Assembly: GCA_021463865.1 (NCBI GenBank)
Contig: JAJTXY010000010.1
Coordinates: forward strand, 85,857 to 149,856
Reading direction: 5' to 3'
Origin: Anaerolineae bacterium
GTDB lineage: Bacteria > Chloroflexota > Anaerolineae > Aggregatilineales > J027
DNA: 64,000 nt
Position numbers and translations under genes: made by a program
Notes under the pieces: model-generated
What the model saw: only the letters and a program-made list of their open reading frames with translations
Database searches by the model: none
What the model was told of the DNA's origin: nothing
In this document: one piece after another, positions 50,753 through 58,723 of the stretch
How the letters are laid out: the number at the start of each line of letters is the position of its first letter
Position numbering within the stretch: the first letter of the stretch is position 1

Positions 50753-51934
50753 AGCCCGTAGCTGCTCAAAAAAGCGCAGGGTTGCCGCCGCAATCGCATC
50801 CCAACTAAACTGCGTGGCGAGTTGGGCCGCTGCTTTGCCAAGCCGAATACGCTGGGATTCATCATAGGCTAATTCACGCAGGGCATCGGCCAATTTCTGG
50901 GGCGAATCCGGTGGCACCATTTTCATCGCCTGCCCATCCACCAAATCGGGTTCATCCACCTGCGGGAAGGTCGTCACAATCGGACAGCCATGCGCGAGGG
51001 TCGCCATCAACGTCCCGCGCCGATACGACACCCCATCACGAAAGGGCAGAGCCACGACATCACAGGCCATTAGATGGGCGCTGACAGCTTCGGGGGACAC
51101 AAAACCTGTCCAATGCACCCGCCGCGAAATGCCCAAGCCGCCTACCATGCGTTCTGCTTCATCGGCCTGCTGAATATTGGTTTGGTCACTTGCTCCTGTC
51201 TGCCCACCCACAATCAACAGATGGGCATTGACGCCACGATCTAACAGCAGTCGAATTGCCTGCGCCAATGTATCTACGCCCTTGCTGCGATTGATGAATC
51301 CAAAGAAGCCCACAATAAACGCATCATGGGGCAGAAAATGCGCCTCACGCCATGCCGTTTTGTCATAATCAGTGGGGGGCTGTACGGCGATATTGGAGCC
51401 AATAGGAATTCGCATCACGGGAGGCATCTGACCCTGTTGCGCTAATTCCCGTTCGTCGCCGCGATTGGTCACAATCACGCCCCTACTTTGGCGGGCCATG
51501 CGGTAAATGACTTTTTTACGGACGGGGCCAGCTTTGGGGAACAAATAGGGGACTAGCAAATCATGGAAGGTCGTCACGACAGGGGCTATATGACCAAGTG
51601 CTTCGGGCAGCAAATTCGCCGCAATCCGCATGTTATAGGCCGCTGCTTGATATTGGATATTAACCACATCCAGTTGATTCACTTTGGCCCACTGAGCAGC
51701 CTGTATCTCCCCACGCAGTCCATCGCTAGGTTTTTGTTTCCCCCAGCGTCCCCAATTCGCCACTGTCGGTTGCACATGAATCCCGCGTTCATGAATAGCA
51801 GGCAAAGCGCGGTCACTCGTCAGGGCAAAAATTTCGTGCCCCTGTGTCACCATCGCCCGCCCTAATTCCAAAGAATAATCCCCTACACCGCCTTGCATCG
51901 GCGGAAACTCGCCGGTGATGATGCCAATCCGCAT
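50744..51934 (-). CDS. Glycosyltransferase family 4
   Basis: GEFPPMQGGVGDY, FFGFINRSKG, DVVALPF, HGCPIVTT. Confidence 0.88.
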   Translation of the reverse strand: MRIGIITGEFPPMQGGVGDYSLELGRAMVTQGHEIFALTSDRALPAIHERGIHVQPTVANWGRWGKQKPSDGLRGEIQAAQWAKVNQLDVVNIQYQAAAYNMRIAANLLPEALGHIAPVVTTFHDLLVPYLFPKAGPVRKKVIYRMARQSRGVIVTNRGDERELAQQGQMPPVMRIPIGSNIAVQPPTDYDKTAWREAHFLPHDAFIVGFFGFINRSKGVDTLAQAIRLLLDRGVNAHLLIVGGQTGASDQTNIQQADEAERMVGGLGISRRVHWTGFVSPEAVSAHLMACDVVALPFRDGVSYRRGTLMATLAHGCPIVTTFPQVDEPDLVDGQAMKMVPPDSPQKLADALRELAYDESQRIRLGKAAAQLATQFSWDAIAAATLRFFEQLRASR

Positions 51935-51938
51935 CGAG

Positions 51939-52928
51939 TCACTTCCCCTTGTTTTCAAGCACGATAGATTCGCCTGCCCACAACAATGACCGAATCACCA
52001 ACCAATAGACCTTGACTCGCTCCCAACGTAATGGTCGCTGACTGCCCAAGCTCCATTTAGCGGCCTCAATCCCAATCTGATTCGCATAGTTTACCACCAT
52101 TGCCAGCCGGAAAACTTCGGCCTGCCAGCGTCCATGAAATTTGCGAAAATAGCGTAGTTTGCTATGTTGAAAATGTACATGGCTGCGGGCTTTGACCTGT
52201 TTGCTGCTCTGCCCGTCGTGGTGGATGATTTTGGCATCCCCCACGTACCAAATCTCCCAACCCGCATCTTTGACACGCTTGCACCAATCCATTTCCTCCG
52301 AATACATGATGTAGCGTTCGTCAAGGCTACCAACTTGTTCCCAAACCTCTCGCCGAGCCAGCAACGCCGATCCCTTGACCCAATCCACCGGGAAGGTTGC
52401 GTCGTTGGACATCTGACGCATAAAAAACCAATCGAGCCAGCGGCGTGGGGCAATATTACTAATCCAAGGGCTTTCGGCGATGCCAATGAGCAGGGTCGGG
52501 AAATGGTGGCGCGTTTGTTGATAGGTGCCGTCGGGGTTCAGGGTGTGTGGGCCAACCACTCCCACCTTCGGATCAGAATTCAAAGCAGCCATCAGGCGCG
52601 GCAGAGCATCCCCCAAAACTTCAGTATCCGGGTTCAACAGCAAAACCGCCCGTCCGCTGGCCGATTTCAGACCTAAATTATTCCCGCGCACAAAACCGAT
52701 ATTTTGCTCACACGAAATGAGATGCACCCACCCAAACCGTTCGCGGAGCATTTCTACACTACTATCTTGGCTGGCGGAATCTACCACTATGACTTGAGTC
52801 AGAAGCCCAGCCCCCGTACATGTGCCGTCTGGGGCGACTATGGCAATCGGCGATTGATAAATACTTTCTAGGCATCGCGTCAATAATTCCGCGACATTCC
52901 AATTTACGATGATGATGGATAAATCCAA
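51939..52928 (-). CDS. Glycosyltransferase family 2 (WbbL/rhamnosyltransferase-like)
   Basis: LSIIIVNWN, VVDSAS.D, NIGF..GNN, LLNPD, YSEEMD; probable TTG start. Confidence 0.88.
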   Translation of the reverse strand: MDLSIIIVNWNVAELLTRCLESIYQSPIAIVAPDGTCTGAGLLTQVIVVDSASQDSSVEMLRERFGWVHLISCEQNIGFVRGNNLGLKSASGRAVLLLNPDTEVLGDALPRLMAALNSDPKVGVVGPHTLNPDGTYQQTRHHFPTLLIGIAESPWISNIAPRRWLDWFFMRQMSNDATFPVDWVKGSALLARREVWEQVGSLDERYIMYSEEMDWCKRVKDAGWEIWYVGDAKIIHHDGQSSKQVKARSHVHFQHSKLRYFRKFHGRWQAEVFRLAMVVNYANQIGIEAAKWSLGSQRPLRWERVKVYWLVIRSLLWAGESIVLENKGK

Positions 52929-53119
52929 TGTTGCATCCTGCTGTATGACAACTACAAATAATGCAATTTTAAACGCTCTGCTAGGGTTTACAACACAAAA
53001 TTTTACAGTTTCTGAGGGGAAAGATAACACTCCGGTTACATCTGTCCTTGAAAATAGGCTCATACGAACGAAACGAAGCGTCAAATCAGCTAACTGAATC
53101 AAACAAGGAGAATAGGAAT

Positions 53120-53848
53120 ATGAAGTCGTTAAAGCGTGGTGTATTGGGGGCAACTGTTGCGGTAGTAGCCGTTGCGATGGTATTCAGCGCCGTTGGGGTG
53201 TCATTCGCGCAAGGCCCGCTAGGAGATCGTGGCGGTAATCGGGGTGGGCATCGCGGTGGTCTAGCCCTCGTTCGCATCGTTACCGACACCGCCGCCGAAT
53301 CGGTGGGCATGGATACCCGTGAATTTTTGCAAAGCGCCGAAGCAGGTCAAACCCTCCGTGACCTGATTACAGCCAATGGCGGTGATCCGGCCCAAGTCGC
53401 GGCAGATGCCAAAGTCGAAGCCGAAGCCCAAATTGATGAAGCCCTTACCAATGAACGCATCACCGAAGAACGCGCCGCCGAACTGAAAGCGGAATTAGAT
53501 ACCAAAATCCAAGAAATCCTCGACCATGAACTAGGTCAGCGCGTGATTAATGCCCGCGTCAACTTTGGTCTGCGCCGCATCGTGATGGATGTCGTCACCG
53601 AAACCACCGGCCTTGAGGCTCAGGATGTGCGCCAAGAACTGCGTGACGGCAAGAGTCTTGCCACCATCATTACCGAAAATGGCGGGGACGTAGCAGCGGT
53701 CAAGGCTCAAATCATCAGCGACGCGACAGAACAAATTAACCAAGCTGTCACCGATGGCAAGTTAAGCCAAGAAGACGCCGACACCCTGCTTGCTGAACTG
53801 GATGCCCATGTTGACGAACTGCTGAATTTCAGCCGGATGAGTGTGTAA
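53120..53848 (+). CDS. Exported helical-repeat hypothetical protein
   Basis: Signal peptide ending SFAQ, Gly/Arg-rich segment, duplicated G.(S/T)L..I..ANGGD..A...G..(S/T).E.A unit. Confidence 0.75.
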   Translation: MKSLKRGVLGATVAVVAVAMVFSAVGVSFAQGPLGDRGGNRGGHRGGLALVRIVTDTAAESVGMDTREFLQSAEAGQTLRDLITANGGDPAQVAADAKVEAEAQIDEALTNERITEERAAELKAELDTKIQEILDHELGQRVINARVNFGLRRIVMDVVTETTGLEAQDVRQELRDGKSLATIITENGGDVAAVKAQIISDATEQINQAVTDGKLSQEDADTLLAELDAHVDELLNFSRMSV

Positions 53849-53867
53849 TCGAATAGGTCATGATACT

Positions 53868-53897
53868 AAAAAGGCCGATCTGATGGTCGGCCTTTTT
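53868..53897. terminator. Bidirectional intrinsic terminator
   Basis: AAAAAGGCCGATC-TGAT-GGTCGGCCTTTTT. Confidence 0.85.
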
Positions 53898-53917
53898 GGT
53901 TCGAGCAAGCGAATTAC

Positions 53918-55228
53918 CTAGCCCGGATAGGTAAATGTCACGACGAAGGGATTCTCGCCCTCCCCAATACTGCCTGTGGCCGAGTCCACAACCTGCCCAT
54001 CAATCAAAAATTCTACGGTAAAGGCAGCGGTGGTTTCTTCATTTCCACACGCCAACGAAAGCTGAACATAGGCCAAATAATCGGTGGGATACGCGATTCC
54101 ATCGAGCGCGATAATCTGCTCTTGCGGACTGGCAGCAGATGTTGAGCAATAATCATTCCCGCTGTCCGACTGACGATAGAACCCCGGCGCGGCAGGATTG
54201 GTAAAATTGACCTCGGTCCCGCCCGGTAAATAGAGACCCAAGTCAAGGTCATGGCTGGTTTCCCAAGTCAAGCGCACGACAAAATCAGGCCTGTTATCAC
54301 TAGACAACACCGGCCCCGTCACCCCATCTTGGAGATTGCGCAGCGAGAGGCTAGTCAAATCTGGGGGTACAGACCATCCTCCACTCGATTGAATGGCGGC
54401 AGCACCCTCCTCGCCAAAAACAAAGGCTAGTAAGGTGGAGATTTCCGAAGCAGGCAGAGAAGCATCTCGACTGATATACCAATACACTGGGCCAGCGGCT
54501 GGATAGTCACCTTCCGCGATAGTACGTTCCGTTGGCAGTTGGCAACTCGTCCCGTTATTTAAGGGCACGACGCTGTAGGTGGGTGGACTGCTAAAATATT
54601 CGGATAGCGGCACAAACCCAATCCCGCCCTGCCGCGTATTAATTTGACGATAGGGTTCGTCGCCAAACGCCTCAATGCCACGTCGTTGACCACTATCCTC
54701 CCCGATCACGCGCTGAAAAAAGAAATCTTCCACGTCTTGGTCGTTGGTGGCAAAAACACTGACACGCCGTTCTGGGAAATCCGGATTCAATTGATTCCAT
54801 GTTTCGGCGTCACGTGGGCCATTTGTACCAAAGAGGGTTTTTAATTGGTCAGCTTCGAGGCACAGCAAAAAATCTACCTGTGTCGAAATAATAACCACCG
54901 AGCCATCAATTGCCACAATAAGCTCTACAGCGGTAGGACAATCCGCAAATTCTTCAGCCGTTGGCGGGGTCGTTGTAGCAAGTACCAAAAATTCACCTGC
55001 ACATAAATTGGTGAGAGTTGCCTCCGAACTGCGCCGTGTCTCAAATCCGCCATAGGGATAGGCATCAATAAGCGCCTGACTCACCCGTTCGGCAAGAGCA
55101 TCGTTCGCCACCACCGCAAATGGTGACGATTGACGAGCAAAAACGGGTCGTATATTAACCGACCCTATAGGTATCAAAGTCAAGACCAGCAGGCAAAGCA
55201 ACAACAACCGTAGATTTGCACCGCGCAT
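53918..55228 (-). CDS. PstS-fold exported protein fused to a C-terminal beta-sandwich (YfaP/DUF2135-like) domain
   Basis: VAIDG, WNQLNPDFP, GIGFV, TIAEGDYP; C-terminal VRLTWETSHDLDL. Confidence 0.7.
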   Translation of the reverse strand: MRGANLRLLLLCLLVLTLIPIGSVNIRPVFARQSSPFAVVANDALAERVSQALIDAYPYGGFETRRSSEATLTNLCAGEFLVLATTTPPTAEEFADCPTAVELIVAIDGSVVIISTQVDFLLCLEADQLKTLFGTNGPRDAETWNQLNPDFPERRVSVFATNDQDVEDFFFQRVIGEDSGQRRGIEAFGDEPYRQINTRQGGIGFVPLSEYFSSPPTYSVVPLNNGTSCQLPTERTIAEGDYPAAGPVYWYISRDASLPASEISTLLAFVFGEEGAAAIQSSGGWSVPPDLTSLSLRNLQDGVTGPVLSSDNRPDFVVRLTWETSHDLDLGLYLPGGTEVNFTNPAAPGFYRQSDSGNDYCSTSAASPQEQIIALDGIAYPTDYLAYVQLSLACGNEETTAAFTVEFLIDGQVVDSATGSIGEGENPFVVTFTYPG

Positions 55229-55300
55229 CAGAAATTCCTCGCTGATTGGATGGGTGTTTTGGAAAACATTATCTATCAAACCAAAAGGCTTTGCAAAAAT

Positions 55301-55328
55301 AAAAAAGGCAGGCCATTAGCCCGCCCTT
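55301..55328 (-). terminator. Intrinsic terminator
   Basis: Minus strand AAGGGCGGGC-loop-GCCTGCCTTTTTT. Confidence 0.6.
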
Positions 55329-55349
55329 GTTATATCCTTGTGATTTTAT

Positions 55350-57695
55350 CTATTGAGCCGCCTGAGTTGGGGCCTCGGTAGGTTCAGCCGTTGGCAACTC
55401 AGTCGGTACCTCGGTTGGAATCTCAGTGGGAACTTCAGTTGCGGCCTCAGTTGCCGTTTCCGTGGGTTCTTCGGTTGGGATTTCGGTAGACACTTCAGTA
55501 GGCGTTTCTGTCGCCTCCTCAGTTGCTTCGGGAGTAGCATCGCCGGATTCGGCATCAGGATCGGCTTCTGCTGCGGCACGACGCGCTTCTTCAATCATCG
55601 TGAAGATATTTTCGCGGTCCGCTTCCAGTGCAGCCCTATCAAACCCAACGAGGCCGAGGGTTTCAATCTGAATCAGCGCATCACTGTTGAAGGCCTGCCA
55701 TAAGAGCGCGGCCACCACATCATCACTCAACGCTGCCTTCGAGAAGACCAGCATCGAGCTATAGGAGAACGGATAGCTGCCATCAAGAATAGTCTCGGTG
55801 GTTGGCTCAATACATCCATTACCAGCGTCAATCTGGACGACCCGTACCCCATCTTTGCCGGGGTCGGATTGGAAAGCCGTCCACAGGGCATAAGTAATCG
55901 CGCCATCAAAATGCGCGGTAGCCCCGACACGATACTGCAAATCGGGAATATCCGTCGCTCCAGATGCATTGGGGGTGTTGACAGGCGACATTTGAACAAT
56001 GGGAGCATCGGTGCGACGGAGTACTTGTTGACCATTGGTTACAGTCGCCAAAATCAAGTCGGTTTCAATCGCGCCCAAGCTAGGAGCCAGCACCAACAGT
56101 TGGCGATCAGGCCACTCAGGATTGATTTCGTTCCAGCGTGCAGGCCCTTGCAATTTGGCCGGGTCAAGCGGCACAATCGGCGCTTCGGTGGGTTCGGGTG
56201 TATTCTCGGCGGGCGCTTCCGTAGCAACTTCCGTAGGTTCAGCCGTCGGAACTTCCGTGACAGTTTCGGTAGGAACTTCAGTTGGGGTGACTTCTGCTGC
56301 TTCGGCAGTGGCATCAGGATTCAGTGTGCCAGCCTGCGGATCCAAAACATTTTGCACCAACATGGCCGACAATTGGCTGTAATCGAGACAATCGGGCAAG
56401 TCAGAATCGGCCTTTACAAGCAGCACCACTGCCTGAGCTCCAAAATTGATGGTATAGGGGTCAATGTTGTTTTCGGAGCAGGTGGCTAACTCGGCTTCTG
56501 TCGGGGGGCGGTTAACCTGAATCACCGAAGCTGTCCCCGCGCAGAACGCGCCCCAACTTTGATCATTGGTCATCGCGCCAACTGTTAGGTCAACGTTGGT
56601 ATAGGTTCCCGTAAAGGAATCATAAATGGGCTTAGTTGCAGTAGATGCCAAACCCGTACCGTTGATGGTCACCGAACCCTCAGCAGCAGTATTCAGTGTC
56701 ACTGGGGAATTCGGGCGGGTAAATGTACGCCCTACAATCGGGCCAGTAATATTGTTGAGGCCGCGATCCAACACTGCTTGCACAGGTATAGTGAAGTTAA
56801 ATTCATCATCCACCACTGGCAGACCATCCGCACCCACCGCATATTTAGCAAATTCGCTGAAATTGGCTTTGTCGAAGGCATTCACATTGACATACAGCAT
56901 CAATTGGCGGCGGAAGGGATACGTTCCAGCGGCAATCGTGCCCTCATCTGGTGAAAGGCAGGTCAGCAATTGATCGGTGCTAGCTTGCAAGGGAGTCAAA
57001 CCACCTTGATCTTCAAGGCCCGTCCACTCATCAAACGTCATAAACGCCACACCCATGCTGGCTGGGTCTTTGAGTATATCTACAACTGCTTGAGGGGATT
57101 CATATTGGGTGTAATCCGTGCGCGGCGCGTCTGGCAGCAGCGAGGCAAGGAAACCGACGACTGTTTGGCTTTCAGGATTTGGGCCATATAGGGTAATGTC
57201 ACCGGGGGTCGCAGTTGGGTTGATAACCGACCAATTGAGTTGGGCCGCCCCACCCTCACCGAGCACACTGGGCAGGCTGGATTGGTCAATACAAGTGGCT
57301 GGGGCACCCGCGCTGGGGACCAGCACCAACGCTTCATAGGCCAGCACCAATTCCACAAATTCCACCGCATTGGTATCGCAGACCAGCAGTTGTTCATCGG
57401 AAATTGGTTCAGTCGCCATAACCGCATCCACAACGCCACCGCACAGCCGTGTAAAGCCGTCCGCATTACCTTGTGCATCAAATTGAACAGTTGAATCGTT
57501 TTCTGCCGCCGCGTTGTAATTATCTACTAACTTTTGCAGCAGGTCTTGGACATAGCGTGACCCCGCAACGACGACTTCACTTGAGCCGTCCTCTTGGGCA
57601 AAACTGGTGCGGGTTTGATAAGTAGGCAACCCTGCCATCAGTACCAGCGTCAAAAGTAACGCCGCATGGAGGGTACGCCGGAACAGGTTAGTCAT
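55350..57695 (-). CDS. Tandem PstS-fold (PBP_like) exported protein with PTE-rich repeats
   Basis: Two PBP units (GFTRLCGG..TIAAGTYPFRRQL; AFCAG..TILDGSYPF), signal peptide ending SFAQ. Confidence 0.78.
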   Translation of the reverse strand: MTNLFRRTLHAALLLTLVLMAGLPTYQTRTSFAQEDGSSEVVVAGSRYVQDLLQKLVDNYNAAAENDSTVQFDAQGNADGFTRLCGGVVDAVMATEPISDEQLLVCDTNAVEFVELVLAYEALVLVPSAGAPATCIDQSSLPSVLGEGGAAQLNWSVINPTATPGDITLYGPNPESQTVVGFLASLLPDAPRTDYTQYESPQAVVDILKDPASMGVAFMTFDEWTGLEDQGGLTPLQASTDQLLTCLSPDEGTIAAGTYPFRRQLMLYVNVNAFDKANFSEFAKYAVGADGLPVVDDEFNFTIPVQAVLDRGLNNITGPIVGRTFTRPNSPVTLNTAAEGSVTINGTGLASTATKPIYDSFTGTYTNVDLTVGAMTNDQSWGAFCAGTASVIQVNRPPTEAELATCSENNIDPYTINFGAQAVVLLVKADSDLPDCLDYSQLSAMLVQNVLDPQAGTLNPDATAEAAEVTPTEVPTETVTEVPTAEPTEVATEAPAENTPEPTEAPIVPLDPAKLQGPARWNEINPEWPDRQLLVLAPSLGAIETDLILATVTNGQQVLRRTDAPIVQMSPVNTPNASGATDIPDLQYRVGATAHFDGAITYALWTAFQSDPGKDGVRVVQIDAGNGCIEPTTETILDGSYPFSYSSMLVFSKAALSDDVVAALLWQAFNSDALIQIETLGLVGFDRAALEADRENIFTMIEEARRAAAEADPDAESGDATPEATEEATETPTEVSTEIPTEEPTETATEAATEVPTEIPTEVPTELPTAEPTEAPTQAAQ
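55353..55538 (-). repeat. Degenerate 12-bp coding tandem repeat, (P/A)TE(V/I/E/A)
   Basis: ATEEATETPTEVSTEIPTEEPTETATEAATEVPTEIPTEVPTELPT; a second tract lies at about 56180-56310. Confidence 0.85.
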
Positions 57696-57831
57696 GAAAG
57701 CCTCCGAAAAGAAACGTGACAGAAAGCAGCGTGTCCCATCGTCAAAGGTCACGCCGTAGGTGGGATATTCTTGGGCTAATAAGCTAAAACCGAAGGGTGA
57801 TTTTACACGTTACGGGGTAATTGTCCAGCGT

Positions 57832-58200
57832 CTACTTATGGGTTGCAGGTTGATTGACCCAACGATCTACCATATCCATAAACACATCAATCTCAATTGG
57901 TTTCGTCATCCATGCTTGAACACCCAGTGCCTCGCATTTGGGCTTGAGCAGATCATCAGCCGAAATAACAAAAACCTTGACTTTTTCACCGTCGGGTTGG
58001 GTGCGGATATGTTCCAATAAATGCAAACCCGACATCTCAGCGAGGTGCAGATCCAAAATAATAAGGTCATAAGTCTGATCTTTTAGTTTTTCGAGTGCTT
58101 TCTCGGCACTGCTGACCAGAGTATGCTGATATTTGAACAAAGCACGCTGGTACAAAGCAGCAATGTCGCGGTTATCTTCGACTATTAGAATATGCTGCAT
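57832..58200 (-). CDS. Single-domain response regulator
   Basis: ILIVED, LIILD, ISA, TKP. Confidence 0.9.
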   Translation of the reverse strand: MQHILIVEDNRDIAALYQRALFKYQHTLVSSAEKALEKLKDQTYDLIILDLHLAEMSGLHLLEHIRTQPDGEKVKVFVISADDLLKPKCEALGVQAWMTKPIEIDVFMDMVDRWVNQPATHK

Positions 58201-58409
58201 GACCTACCTACTTCCTCATGTAGTCGCAAAACATCAAGCCTTCAGACTATAACGACAAGCGTTAAAAGTCAACTGAATTAAACCGAAATATCAACCGTTT
58301 TTCAACTTCTAATTTTGCCACACCTTTGTACAGAGGCGGGTAATTTTGCACAATTTTTGTATAATTGAAAACGACTTTTGAAATTCACCAGAGAAGGATG
58401 GCTATTTCC

Positions 58410-58664
58410 ATGGGCAATCAAGCGCCAATTTCCGAAGACTTATTGAATATCCTCCGCTGCCCAGTCGGCGTGCATGACAAAACCAAAGGGGATGATCCCG
58501 GACGCCTGCGTTTGGTCAACAATATGTGGCTAGTCTGTGACGATTCTGGTTATAAATATCCTATTCGGGATGGCATTCCGGTGCTGCTGCCCGAAGAAGG
58601 CCTGAAATGGAAAGACGTGCCCGAAAGCGAACTTCCATCGGTGCTACCGCCAGAGAACAACTAG
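58410..58664 (+). CDS. Trm112/YcaR-like protein
   Basis: LLNILRCP..LVC..YPIRDGIPVLL; alternative start 58398. Confidence 0.8.
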   Translation: MGNQAPISEDLLNILRCPVGVHDKTKGDDPGRLRLVNNMWLVCDDSGYKYPIRDGIPVLLPEEGLKWKDVPESELPSVLPPENN

Positions 58665-58723
58665 TCTATAAAATTTGTTCGCCTAAATAATCATTTTGAA
58701 ATCACCACTAATCGAGCTAACCC

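Noticed and set aside
55353-55538. Periodic repeats as a CRISPR array
   Set aside because: Degenerate in-frame 12-bp coding repeats with no spacers and no cas genes
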